Assembly (NCBI GenBank): GCA_048937405.1
Contig: JBHLNF010000011.1
Span: 32,001 to 96,000, forward strand
DNA: 64,000 nucleotides
From: Promethearchaeota archaeon
GTDB taxonomy: Archaea > Asgardarchaeota > Lokiarchaeia > Sigyniarchaeales > SOKP01
Reading direction: 5' to 3'
The notes below the pieces were generated by a model, which was given only the letters and a program-made list of their open reading frames with translations, ran no database searches and was not told the origin of the DNA. Shown in pieces: positions 28,359-38,488 of the stretch. The translations under genes and the position numbers were made by a program. How positions within the stretch are numbered: the stretch's first letter is position 1; each line of letters opens with the position of its first letter.

Positions 28359-29159
28359 ATGAGAAATATGAATATCGGAATTTTATCAAAAAGAACAACC
28401 ATGCTCACTGGTAAACTAAAAAAGTGTTTAGAGAATAGAGGATTTAATGTTTCAATATATACTTTAGATAATTTAGTGATTAATCAAAACCTCTTAAATC
28501 AAGATTTTTATATACTGAAATCAAAAAACTTATTTTTTCTTTATGCGGGATATTTTTTAGAGGCAAATGGTATCCCAGTTATTCCAAAACCAGATATCTC
28601 TTTTGTACAAAAACATCGCATACATTCTAATTTAGTAATGAAAAAAATAGGTTTAACGACTCCAGAAATTTATCTTGGTACATTTGATACATTTAAAAAA
28701 CAATTTAAATTAGAAGATTTTCCTTTTATTTTAAAACCAATAATGGGTTCAGGAAGTAAGGGTGTTAAAATTATTAGATCATTTAAAGATTTGAATTCAA
28801 AAGATAAAGCCATATTATACTTAGAGAAATTTATTAACGGTGTTCATTACAATGTATATTTCATTGATAATGAAATATGCACATTAATTAAACCTCCATT
28901 ATCGCATGAACATGTTGATATGAAATTAATTGAAACTCCAGATGATATACAGAATCTAATACAAAAATGGAGAAATTACTTCAATGGAGATTTATTATTT
29001 GGACACTTAGATATTGTAAGAGAGGAATTTACTAATAAATTATATGTTGTGGATCCTGGTTCATTTCCAGAATTTACTAATTGGAAGTGTAAAATTTCAC
29101 CCATTGAAAATATTTGTAATATTATTTTAGAAAAATATCAAGATTTAAATAAAAAATAA
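28359..29159 (+). CDS. ATP-grasp protein with degenerate DxN motif
   Basis: PFILKPIMGSGSKGV, LEKFING, GHLDIV, VVDPGSFPEF. Confidence 0.72.
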   Translation: MRNMNIGILSKRTTMLTGKLKKCLENRGFNVSIYTLDNLVINQNLLNQDFYILKSKNLFFLYAGYFLEANGIPVIPKPDISFVQKHRIHSNLVMKKIGLTTPEIYLGTFDTFKKQFKLEDFPFILKPIMGSGSKGVKIIRSFKDLNSKDKAILYLEKFINGVHYNVYFIDNEICTLIKPPLSHEHVDMKLIETPDDIQNLIQKWRNYFNGDLLFGHLDIVREEFTNKLYVVDPGSFPEFTNWKCKISPIENICNIILEKYQDLNKK

Positions 29160-29195
29160 AATAATTTATGATTTTTGATTAATAGTTTTTGAAAA

Positions 29196-30158
29196 ATGAG
29201 CAAACAGAAACAAATTGAGAAGTTAATAGTTGAACAACAAAAAGTACGATTATACAAAATAAAACATTTTATTTTTGATTTTGGAGGCGTATTAATAGAA
29301 AAGACTTTTGTATTAAAAAATTTACTTGATATTATTGAGGCAGATTTGAATATATCTATACCACGTGATGAGAATTCATTTATAAGAAAAATCAAAAGAG
29401 GATTAAGTTCTGGAAGAATTTCTAGTAATGAATTTTTAGAAAAGATTTTCGATAAGTATTATTATCCATTTCAGGAAAAAGGCGGAGCTTTACCTCCTAA
29501 AAAGGTAAATGCGGAATATTATGTTGAGCTTTGGTTTGATTTATACTCACAAGTCACAAATATATCTTCAGAAATGGAAGAGATAATAGAACGTTTACAC
29601 CAAGCAGATTATACAGTGAGTCTAATGTCTAATACTCATGATATCCATGCTAAGTCAAATTATTTAAGAGGATTCTATGACATTTTTGATAATGTTTTCT
29701 TATCCAACGAAATTGGCTTTATTAAACCAGAAATGGCGAAATATAAATACGTATTAAAAAAATTAGATACAAAACCGAAAAAATGCATCTTTATTGATGA
29801 TAAAATTCAGAATCTAGTCCCCGCTAGAGAATTAGGAATAATTGTAATTAGATTTGAATCCTTTGAAAAATTTAAAGCTAAATTAAACGAATTGGGAATA
29901 GGAAATATTAGCAAGGATATTCGTCATAAAATAAAGAAAAAATATAAGAAATATAAAAAGACAAAAAAGGAATATAAGAAAGCTAAGAAGGAATATAAGA
30001 AAGCTAAAAAAGAGTACTTTAAAAAGAAAGGTAAAGCACCAAAAAAAAGAAAGGAGTATCAACAAAAACGAGCACAATATAAGAAAAAAAAGACAGAATA
30101 TAAGCAACAGAAAGATAAGAAAAAGGAGGAACTAGTTTCAAAAATACGAATTACTTAG
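29196..30158 (+). CDS. HAD-superfamily phosphatase with Lys-rich C-terminal tail
   Basis: FDFGGVL, LMSNT, SNEIGFIKPE, FIDDKIQN; last about 75 aa dominated by Lys. Confidence 0.87.
   Translation: MSKQKQIEKLIVEQQKVRLYKIKHFIFDFGGVLIEKTFVLKNLLDIIEADLNISIPRDENSFIRKIKRGLSSGRISSNEFLEKIFDKYYYPFQEKGGALPPKKVNAEYYVELWFDLYSQVTNISSEMEEIIERLHQADYTVSLMSNTHDIHAKSNYLRGFYDIFDNVFLSNEIGFIKPEMAKYKYVLKKLDTKPKKCIFIDDKIQNLVPARELGIIVIRFESFEKFKAKLNELGIGNISKDIRHKIKKKYKKYKKTKKEYKKAKKEYKKAKKEYFKKKGKAPKKRKEYQQKRAQYKKKKTEYKQQKDKKKEELVSKIRIT
29967..30008 (+). repeat. Two tandem 21-nt units encoding KEYKKAK
   Basis: aaggaatataagaaagctaag followed by aaggaatataagaaagctaaa. Confidence 0.8.
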
Positions 30159-30179
30159 GAACTAATTAATTAATTTTAG

Positions 30180-31310
30180 TTACTCTTTACTTTCTTCCTT
30201 TTCTTCTTGTTCTTTGTTGAATTCTTCAACCTTCTTCATAACACTTTCAGATGGTGTTTCTGGTAAAGAAATTTTTTCAAAGATTTCTATAAATTTAACA
30301 TCGTCAATTTCATCAGTCATATGTGTTTGTAAATCCATTGCTAACCCGAATTTAACATAAGTTAAATTTTGGAAAAGAAACATTTTTGGAATCGTAATCT
30401 CAAGAGTTTTACTCTTAGGAATATAACTAACTTGAAAATCGGAAATGCTTTCTTTTGGGATTCCTTTATTCATCATAAAATATTCTATCTTTTCATTAAA
30501 GTCTTCAATTTTATCTATTATTTCTAAATTGTAATCGATACTTTGACCTGCTAAAGGATGGTTATAATCAACAATAACTCTTCCTTGCAGAACATTTGTA
30601 ACTGTTCCCCTTTGTGTTTGTCCTTGAGTTTGTTTAACAAATTCTTGTCCTATCTCCGGATTTTTTCCTTCATTCATTCTTCTAAATTTGGCAATACCGA
30701 TTCTTTCAATCTTTTGAGGATCGCGTTTTCCAAAAGCTTTGGTAGGTGGTATTCTAACTGATTTTTTTTCAAAAAAATTCATTCCTTTGACTGTCTCAGT
30801 AAGGCCTTCATTTAAAAATCCTGGTTTGCCCACTATAACAAATTCCGGAGTATAATATCCTTGTTTAGCCTGATTTTCATCATAAATTCCTGCTTTTTTT
30901 GCATCTTCTTCTGAAGAAACTCGAAAAATTTTCCCTTTTTGTGTTCGAGCAGTGATTTTAATGATAACGAAATCTCCTTCTTCAACTTTCTTGCCTTGTA
31001 ATTTTGATTTTTTTTGTTCTAATTTTTTAATCTCTTCTTGAATTTTCTTTTCTTCTTCATCCCCTTCCTTCTTAGTCTGATCAACTTCTTCTTTCTTATT
31101 TGGTTCAGTTTTTCCTTTTTCAGTTTTGCTTTGTATCATTTCTTTAGCATTTTCAATAACTTTTTCGGCTGTAGCTTTCCCAAATCCTTTAAGATCAGTT
31201 AATTCTTCTAATTTTGAGTTTGCTAATTTTTCAACTGTATCAATTCCAGCTTCTTTTAATGTGTCAATCTTTTTGCCTAGACCCTTGATATCTTCTAATT
31301 TAAGAGACAT
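30180..31310 (-). CDS. slyD: Long-type FKBP peptidyl-prolyl isomerase with N-terminal helix-hairpin-helix domain (track starts at 31424; ATG 31310 preferred)
   Basis: IKGLG/LKGFG HhH pair; GDFVII, IPPTKAFGKRDP, VDYNHPLAGQ. Confidence 0.85.
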   Translation of the reverse strand: MSLKLEDIKGLGKKIDTLKEAGIDTVEKLANSKLEELTDLKGFGKATAEKVIENAKEMIQSKTEKGKTEPNKKEEVDQTKKEGDEEEKKIQEEIKKLEQKKSKLQGKKVEEGDFVIIKITARTQKGKIFRVSSEEDAKKAGIYDENQAKQGYYTPEFVIVGKPGFLNEGLTETVKGMNFFEKKSVRIPPTKAFGKRDPQKIERIGIAKFRRMNEGKNPEIGQEFVKQTQGQTQRGTVTNVLQGRVIVDYNHPLAGQSIDYNLEIIDKIEDFNEKIEYFMMNKGIPKESISDFQVSYIPKSKTLEITIPKMFLFQNLTYVKFGLAMDLQTHMTDEIDDVKFIEIFEKISLPETPSESVMKKVEEFNKEQEEKEESKE

Positions 31311-31407
31311 TTCAACTCGATTAATTTCCTTTTTAAAAGTAGAATCGTTAAAAGTTAATTCAAGCAATATTTGATTACTTATAGATTTTACTAAAATAGA
31401 GAATTCC

Positions 31408-32520
31408 TTATGACACAGGTTCAAATATTATTCCTAATCCTTTTGCATATAATTTTACTTCACGTATTTCATCCGGTGTAGGTCGTCTATTTATCTCTTC
31501 ATGATTAAAAGCTTTGTATTGAGGACGATATTGTTTCATAATATTCATTACAGCATTGGGAAGTTCTTTAGCAACATAATCTAATATTGGTTTAGAACAG
31601 CATTCAATATGATTTGGCATAACTAAATGTCTAATACAGATTTCTCCACTTCCCTCATCATGGATTCTTTTATGATTTCTGGCTATAACATCAAAGTAGT
31701 TATCAATACCAGAATATTTTTTTCCACACTCATTATTTCCATACTTCCAGTCTGGCAACCAAAAATCCATAAAATCGATAATTAAAGATAAAGCTTTATC
31801 TGTTAAGAAAAAGTTTGAATTCCATAATTGGCAAATATTGGATTTTTGAAATTTTAAACTCCCAATTATTGTGTGAATGTTTGGAATGGGATCCCCCCCA
31901 ACATAATTTATATTTATTGCTCCCCGATCAACTAATTTTTCTGCAATTCCTGCTAAAGATATAGAATTAACTTTCTGTGCAACATCTTCAATGTTTTTAC
32001 TCCCTTTCCATGCCTGAGAGATATCATAATTCTGACAAAAGACACAACCAAAATTACAGCCTTGGAAGAAAATTGTACCAGAAGGAATCAAATGAGGTTC
32101 TTCTCCCATATGAAGGAAAGAAGAAGATACATATGAATCTTTTGAAATTAGGCAGAATCCCTTTTCACCACTTATTCTATTTGCTTCGCATTGCCTTTCA
32201 CAGAATATGCATGCCTGTAAATACTTAATTGCTATAGTTTCTGCGAGTAATATGTAGTTACTATCTTGTATCACTCTGTGTTCGATGTCAGATATATTTT
32301 CATTGAGTAGTTTATTAAACTCTTGAGATTTTTCTTTCAATAGTTTTTCAAGCGATTCTATTGAATCTGTTAGCTTAAAGTCACATTTAACACTCTTAGC
32401 TATTAGATATCTAGCTAATTGAGTTCCATCAATAATTCCTCGATATTTTGAAAATCTTTTGAGAATTTCTTTATCTTCCCAAACACGTACCGAATCTGGT
32501 CGAAGTGCTTTAAAAACCAT
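31408..32520 (-). CDS. pflX: Radical SAM protein, PflX-like
   Basis: CIFCERQC.ANR..GFC, HMGEE, SGTIFFQGCNFGCVFCQN, RHLVMPNH. Confidence 0.87.
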   Translation of the reverse strand: MVFKALRPDSVRVWEDKEILKRFSKYRGIIDGTQLARYLIAKSVKCDFKLTDSIESLEKLLKEKSQEFNKLLNENISDIEHRVIQDSNYILLAETIAIKYLQACIFCERQCEANRISGEKGFCLISKDSYVSSSFLHMGEEPHLIPSGTIFFQGCNFGCVFCQNYDISQAWKGSKNIEDVAQKVNSISLAGIAEKLVDRGAININYVGGDPIPNIHTIIGSLKFQKSNICQLWNSNFFLTDKALSLIIDFMDFWLPDWKYGNNECGKKYSGIDNYFDVIARNHKRIHDEGSGEICIRHLVMPNHIECCSKPILDYVAKELPNAVMNIMKQYRPQYKAFNHEEINRRPTPDEIREVKLYAKGLGIIFEPVS

Positions 32521-32545
32521 AATAAATTAGATAGGGTTGTAAAAA

Positions 32546-33274
32546 CTAAATCTCAAAAGATAACCAATCTATAATATTTGAAAGAAATTTTAGATTATCT
32601 CCGGCATCTAATCCAAAATCATTCTCTAAAAGCCAATCTGATGAGCCTATGGTAACACATCTGCCATTGAAAAATTCTGATACAACACATATCGGAACTG
32701 GCCCAAGAGCACCTATTTCTTCATCTACATAATACTTAAACTCCGCTTTTTCAGAAGTAACAATTAAATCTTCCACCTCTTCTTCAGTAAGAGTAAAAAA
32801 AGTACAATTGGGCAATACTAATTCAGTTATACCCTCGGTTATTGGATGATTAAACAGCTCAGTAACTAAAATATTTTTCTTTTTAATTAGATAATTAGAG
32901 GGCGCTTCTTGAATGATTCCATTCCAATATCTTCGAACACCACTTATTTTATATAACACTCTAATAGAGCCATTCTTCATAGGTATATCTTTATCACCTC
33001 CATCTCCGCTTGTTAAAAGTAATCCTCCACCTTCTCCTACAAATTTTTTGATAGCGAGTAATTCGTTTTGGGTTAATTTATCTTTTTTCCCATCCTTAGA
33101 ATGTTGGATATTTCCAATGAATAAAATGTCAAAGTCTTCAAGCATATCAAATTCGATAGGTCCTTCATTTTTATCAATATATTCGACTTCATAATCATCC
33201 TCTCCTAATGCGAACTCGGGAAATTCCTCTAACTTTTCCTTATGAGACAAATCTACAATAATTCTATAACTCAT
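32546..33274 (-). CDS. DUF4350/GIFT (IFT52 N-terminal-like) glutamine-amidotransferase-fold protein
   Basis: IIVDLSHKE, FDILFIG, ELLAIKKFVGEGGGLLL, HPITEGI, GRCVTIGS, DNLKFLSNIIDWL. Confidence 0.65.
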   Translation of the reverse strand: MSYRIIVDLSHKEKLEEFPEFALGEDDYEVEYIDKNEGPIEFDMLEDFDILFIGNIQHSKDGKKDKLTQNELLAIKKFVGEGGGLLLTSGDGGDKDIPMKNGSIRVLYKISGVRRYWNGIIQEAPSNYLIKKKNILVTELFNHPITEGITELVLPNCTFFTLTEEEVEDLIVTSEKAEFKYYVDEEIGALGPVPICVVSEFFNGRCVTIGSSDWLLENDFGLDAGDNLKFLSNIIDWLSFEI

Positions 33275-33512
33275 CCCAATACACTGTTATATTTTTGCTT
33301 TACAATGAATATTCCTAGTTTTGAGCAACAATTTAAAGATACTTTCAGAGAAAATCCTTCTATCTTAAGATTATATAATATAATTTTATAAAATTATGCT
33401 ATTAGTATTATTAAATATTTTCTTTTAAATTTTTTTAAATGAAAATAAAGATAGATAAAACTTAAATAAGAGGAGACCTAATTTTTGTGTCAAAAAGAAA
33501 AAGTAAGGAAAA

Positions 33513-34205
33513 TTAGATTGATATGAATTCTCGTTCGGCAGGACCCTCTTTATTAATCACAACAATATCAATCCCATTACCACTCGCCATATCACGTATA
33601 ATTGAAGAGGACACCGCTTTTTTTACGATTTCTTTGCCTTCTTCAATTGTTAAATTATCTTTATATCTTGCTTCTAAAACACCATATGAGAAATTTTGAC
33701 CACTTCCGACAGCGCAGTATTTCTCAGGTAAAATGGACCCATAAGCACTAATATCTAAAAGAACTGGACCTTCTTCTTCTGTAACTCCCCCTAAAATAAG
33801 TCCTACTTCAAAGGGAAACATTTTGTTTTGATATAAGATATTGGATAGTAATTTGGCAGCAGATTTTACTAATATTGGTTTATTATCATGAGCCAATTGA
33901 TATATAGTAGTTTCCGCACGCAAAATATCCACTAAGTATAAGGCGTCTGCAACTCCTCCAGCAATGGTCATCCAGAGGTGTTCTTGGAGTTTATGGACTT
34001 TTTCAGCAGTTTTACTTGCTACAAAGTATGCCATTGAAGCTCTCTTATCTGCTCCTAAAATAATAGCGTCTTTACATGTTAAACCAACTGTTGTAGTACC
34101 CGTTTTTAACGTATGAGTATTAATTTGCTGTTTTTTCTGTAATTTTAATGCTGAATTCTTCATAAATTCAGATTTAATTAGCTTTAATAAATCTTCTTTA
34201 CTCAT
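33513..34205 (-). CDS. psmB: Proteasome subunit beta
   Basis: Propeptide then G|TTTVG, ADKRAS, AGGVADA, GSG, RDMASG. Confidence 0.95.
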   Translation of the reverse strand: MSKEDLLKLIKSEFMKNSALKLQKKQQINTHTLKTGTTTVGLTCKDAIILGADKRASMAYFVASKTAEKVHKLQEHLWMTIAGGVADALYLVDILRAETTIYQLAHDNKPILVKSAAKLLSNILYQNKMFPFEVGLILGGVTEEEGPVLLDISAYGSILPEKYCAVGSGQNFSYGVLEARYKDNLTIEEGKEIVKKAVSSSIIRDMASGNGIDIVVINKEGPAEREFISI

Positions 34206-34368
34206 AATTTCATTAAAGAACTCTTGTTTTTATAATTTTTTTTAATTTTTTATCAATTTTTTCTAAAGGTGCTCAAGTAGTTATATATAATTATGACGTT
34301 TAAATTTAGATATTATCACTCAACTTAAAGACAATACTTTTAAAATAAGTATAAATACTATTTTTTAA

Positions 34369-35304
34369 ATGGCTGAGTTAGTTTGGTTTATTTTAATTTT
34401 TGTTGTCATATTCACTTGGGCAATAGCATCTCTAGTTTATAAAAGAGGATTGGAAAAAACACAGCCAAAAGCTAATTTATTCTTTAGATTATGTTGTACA
34501 AGTTTAGGAACCTTTATGTTCTCTTTAATTTTAGGAAATTATAATATTCTTGGAGATTTAACTAATTTAGAAATAATTTCCTATCTGATGGCTTGCCTAA
34601 TATCAGGACTAAGTGTTACAATTGGAGATTTGTTGTATTATATGTCATTAAAAAAAATTGATGCCTCGCGTACCTATCCTCTCGTTCAAACATCGCTAAT
34701 TTTTGTAATTTTTTTCTCTATCTTCTTGTATAATGAAAATATCACCTATTCCATCCTTATCGGAAGTATATTAATCCTTTTAAGCATTTTCATATTAAGT
34801 ACAAAAGATAAAACAGAAAAAAATGATCTAAAGACAAGCCTAAAAGAAAAAATCTCAGAAGATTTAATTATTGGTGTGATATTAGCAATTGGTACAGCAT
34901 TTTTTTGGGCGCTCGCATATATTTCATTAAATCAAGCAAGGCTTTTAACTGGAGATGTGTTTATATCTAACTTTTTTAGAGTAGGTTTTGGAATGATCGC
35001 AATAGCAATATTGGGGATATTTCAACGTGAATATTATGGAGGATTTAAAAAAGAAAATCGTAAAAATTTAAAATTCTATGCCTACATTGGAATAGCAGGA
35101 ATAATTTCTTTAGGTTTTGCTGATGCTATATATATAAAAGCAGCAGAAATCAATGGGTTGATATTGACATCAGCATTTACAATTAATACACCAATGGTTC
35201 AACAGATCCTTTCAATTCTTTTTTTAAAAGAAAAATTTCGGAAAAGGTTTATAATTGCTGTCATTCTCATTATTATTGGCAATTATATTATTTTATTTTT
35301 ATAA
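34369..35304 (+). CDS. DMT/EamA family transporter
   Basis: About 10 TM in two EamA repeats (GDLLYYMSLKKIDASRTYP; LFLKEK). Confidence 0.85.
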   Translation: MAELVWFILIFVVIFTWAIASLVYKRGLEKTQPKANLFFRLCCTSLGTFMFSLILGNYNILGDLTNLEIISYLMACLISGLSVTIGDLLYYMSLKKIDASRTYPLVQTSLIFVIFFSIFLYNENITYSILIGSILILLSIFILSTKDKTEKNDLKTSLKEKISEDLIIGVILAIGTAFFWALAYISLNQARLLTGDVFISNFFRVGFGMIAIAILGIFQREYYGGFKKENRKNLKFYAYIGIAGIISLGFADAIYIKAAEINGLILTSAFTINTPMVQQILSILFLKEKFRKRFIIAVILIIIGNYIILFL

Positions 35305-35426
35305 TATAAGCAAATTATTTTTCTTGATATTCTGAAAACTTAGAGTATTATCTAGTAAAAATTAAAAATACTGGAAATTATTATATTTAATTAATTTGTA
35401 AAAAAATTCTTTTATAATAAGAATCC

Positions 35427-36098
35427 ATGTCTCTTGAAGATTTAATAGGTAAAAATAAGATAAAAGCTGATGATTATATTATTATTTTCATGATTGGAAG
35501 TTATTTACTCTTTGCTTTATTTTTCCATTTAGAGGCACTTGTATGTATTATATTTTATCCTTTTGCATCTCTTGGGATTTGTGGCGTTTTAAAAATTATA
35601 AATGCACTTAATAAAAGAAATCATGGTGGACATGTAAATGAAAATATGATTTTAGTTGGTATAATTTATATCATATTATCAATTCTATTTTCAACTTTTA
35701 TATTATCACAACCTAATATAACATCACATATCGTAATCTCAATAATTTCATATCCTTTATTGGTTGTTGGATGTGCTGGAATTATTAAAGGTATGCTAAT
35801 TGAGATATATTCAATTCGGTATAGAATAATTAATATCCTCATAGGCCTTTTTACAATAATCGTATGTTCTTTTGCCTTTTTTTCTGTAGTGAGCAGTCTT
35901 TTAATTAATATGATTATATTTTCTATAGTATTTTTTTTGAATGTTCTAAGTAGAGCAGCGCTATATTTAAGTGAGTATGGCTTATCTCTTCGCCACTTAA
36001 CAAATCTTAAACTCTTTTTCTATATAATATCAGACTATATTATATGTATAGATGCAAATGGAGATGTTGTACTAAGTAAAATAAATTTAACTATTTAA
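35427..36098 (+). CDS. Hypothetical multi-pass membrane protein
   Basis: About 6 hydrophobic segments. Confidence 0.6.
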   Translation: MSLEDLIGKNKIKADDYIIIFMIGSYLLFALFFHLEALVCIIFYPFASLGICGVLKIINALNKRNHGGHVNENMILVGIIYIILSILFSTFILSQPNITSHIVISIISYPLLVVGCAGIIKGMLIEIYSIRYRIINILIGLFTIIVCSFAFFSVVSSLLINMIIFSIVFFLNVLSRAALYLSEYGLSLRHLTNLKLFFYIISDYIICIDANGDVVLSKINLTI

Positions 36099-36290
36099 TG
36101 TATTTTGCTTTGTATTCCAATTTATGAATATTTGTGGATGATCTATAGTAGAGTGATTCTTTATGTTTAGAACTCTTAGAATATATAATCTAAAATTTTA
36201 TTTAAAAAAGCAAAAATTATATCTAATCCTATTACTTAATTAAGTTTACTAAACTAAAATTTTCAAACTAGACCAAAAAACATTCCAATT

Positions 36291-37406
36291 ATGACAGATA
36301 TTCATTTTAATAAAGAAAAAGGTTCACAGCTTAAATTATTCACTCCAGGTCCTGTTTATGTTCCTGAAAGAGTCTTAAAGGAAATGGCTAAGCCAAATGA
36401 TACACATAGATCTAAAGCCTACTCAGAAATGCATCAAATGGTGGCAGAAGGTCTTCAGAAATTATTATATACAAAAAATGAGTGTTTAATTTTTACATCG
36501 AGTGCAACAGGGATAATGGAGGCTTGTGTGAGAAATCTAATTAAAGATGATGAAAAAGGATTATTTTTTTCAGTTGGGGCTTTTGGAGATCGATGGTATG
36601 AGATTGGGGTATCAAATGGAAAAACTTCAATTAAAGAAGGTGTTGAATGGGGGAAAGGGATATCTTCTGAAATTACTCAAAAGGTATTAAACAAAGATAA
36701 TTATTCAGTTGTCTTTATTCAAGCTAATGAAACTTCAACTGGGGTATATAACCCTATTGATGAAATAGCTCCAATTATCAAAGATTCAGGAGCTTTATTA
36801 TGTGTAGATGCTACATCATCAATGGCAGGGGTAAAATTAGAAGTTGATAAATTAGGAATAGATGTTGCTTTAGCATCTGTTCAAAAATGCTTTGCTTTAC
36901 CACCAGGACTAGCAGTTTGTTCTGTTTCCACTGCTGCTTTTGAAAAAGCAGAGAATGTGAAAAATAGAGGTTTATACTTTGATTTGATTGAAATGAAAAA
37001 AAGACACGTTGCCAAATATCAAACTCCAACTACTCCACCTATACCACAAATACGAGGTCTAACAGCACAATTAGATTTTATGCTAAATGAAGAAGGTTTA
37101 GAAAAGAGATTTGAGAGACATGAACAACTTGCAAAACAAACTCGAAAATGGGTTCATGAGAATAGCCTAGAAATGTTTCCAGAGAATGGATTTGAGTCAA
37201 ATACCGTATCAACTATAAAGAATTCATTAAATTTAGATCTTCCAAGAATGATCTCCATGCTTCTGGGAAAAGGTTACCGAATTGTGAATGGGTATGGACA
37301 GCTCGCAAACAAAACCTTTAGAATTGGTCATATGGGAGAAATTCAAATCAAAGAAATTGATAAAATGTTAAAAGTACTTACAGACATCATTAGTGACCTG
37401 AAATAA
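36291..37406 (+). CDS. Class V PLP aminotransferase (serine-pyruvate/alanine-glyoxylate type; likely serves as SerC)
   Basis: LFTPGP, SSATG, NETSTGV, VDATSS, SVQKCFALPPG, FRIGHMG. Confidence 0.9.
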   Translation: MTDIHFNKEKGSQLKLFTPGPVYVPERVLKEMAKPNDTHRSKAYSEMHQMVAEGLQKLLYTKNECLIFTSSATGIMEACVRNLIKDDEKGLFFSVGAFGDRWYEIGVSNGKTSIKEGVEWGKGISSEITQKVLNKDNYSVVFIQANETSTGVYNPIDEIAPIIKDSGALLCVDATSSMAGVKLEVDKLGIDVALASVQKCFALPPGLAVCSVSTAAFEKAENVKNRGLYFDLIEMKKRHVAKYQTPTTPPIPQIRGLTAQLDFMLNEEGLEKRFERHEQLAKQTRKWVHENSLEMFPENGFESNTVSTIKNSLNLDLPRMISMLLGKGYRIVNGYGQLANKTFRIGHMGEIQIKEIDKMLKVLTDIISDLK

Positions 37407-37533
37407 CAAAAATTATTATCAGTTTTTTTTTTATTAAAACAATCCTTAATTTGACTTGTGTCTTATTAAATTAAGAAAAACTCATTAAAAATTGAAACCT
37501 AAAAATAGATTCAAGTAATTAAAATCAATTTGT

Positions 37534-38475
37534 GTGATATACATGAAAATATTAATTACTGATAAAATGCAAGATATAGGTATTAAAATATTTGAAGAAA
37601 ATGGATTTGAAGTTACAAAAAACTTTACAATTACTAAAGAAGAATTGAGACAGAAAATTGGGGACTATGATGTTGTTGTCGTACGTTCAAGAACAAAATT
37701 AACTGCTGACATATTAGAAAATGCCAAGAATCTGAAAGTTATTGGAAGGTCTGGAGTAGGATTAGATAATATAGATCAAAAAAAGGCTGCTGAACTGAAT
37801 ATAGAAATTTTTAATACACCAGAAGCACCAGCCGTTTCAGTTGGAGAATTTGCATTAGCATTAATGTTAACTTTGGCTAGAAGAATATCTTATGCCGATC
37901 GTACGACCCATGAAGCTCAATGGAATAAAAATGAGTGTTTAGGATATACTTTAGAAGGAAAAAAACTTGGATTAATAGGTTTTGGAAATACTGCAAAATA
38001 TTTAGCAAAAATTACACTTGCTTTAGGTATGGATGTTGGAGTATATTCCAGATTTAGTAAAGGACAAGTTGCTATTGATGAAGCTAAAAAGATTGGTTGC
38101 TCAATCTATCCAACCCTCGAAGAATTATTAATAAATGCTCAAATTATCTCATTACATCTCCCTTCTTCACCCCAAACTGAAAATATTATAAATGAAGAAA
38201 GGATAAATCTAATGAGAAAAGATGCTATAATTATAAATACAGCAAGAGGTAGCTTAATTGATAATAAAGCTTTATTAAAAGCTTTAAGAAACAAAGTTAT
38301 TTCTGGTGCGGCGCTTGATGTTTATCAAGAAGAACCTCTTAAAGATCAAGACTTAATTGATTGGAATGAGAATCTCATACTTACACCACATATAGCAAGT
38401 CAAACTGTTGAAAATCAAACTGCTGCAGCCATTTTAATTGCACAAAAAATCTCAAGTTTTCTAAAAAAGGGATAA
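37534..38475 (+). CDS. serA: D-3-phosphoglycerate dehydrogenase-like D-2-hydroxyacid dehydrogenase, no ACT domain
   Basis: VVRSRTK, GRSGVGLDNID, GLIGFG, INTARG, LDVYQEEP, TPHIA. Confidence 0.82.
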   Translation: MIYMKILITDKMQDIGIKIFEENGFEVTKNFTITKEELRQKIGDYDVVVVRSRTKLTADILENAKNLKVIGRSGVGLDNIDQKKAAELNIEIFNTPEAPAVSVGEFALALMLTLARRISYADRTTHEAQWNKNECLGYTLEGKKLGLIGFGNTAKYLAKITLALGMDVGVYSRFSKGQVAIDEAKKIGCSIYPTLEELLINAQIISLHLPSSPQTENIINEERINLMRKDAIIINTARGSLIDNKALLKALRNKVISGAALDVYQEEPLKDQDLIDWNENLILTPHIASQTVENQTAAAILIAQKISSFLKKG

Positions 38476-38488
38476 ATTCACAGTTCAT

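Noticed and set aside
29883-30107. Very hydrophobic 74-aa minus-strand ORF resembling a membrane peptide
   Set aside because: It is simply the reverse complement of the Lys-rich (AAA/AAG) tail of the HAD gene
36100-36215. Short inverted repeats in the intergenic region suggesting an ncRNA
   Set aside because: AT-rich, short and imperfect, with no box motifs in the correct order
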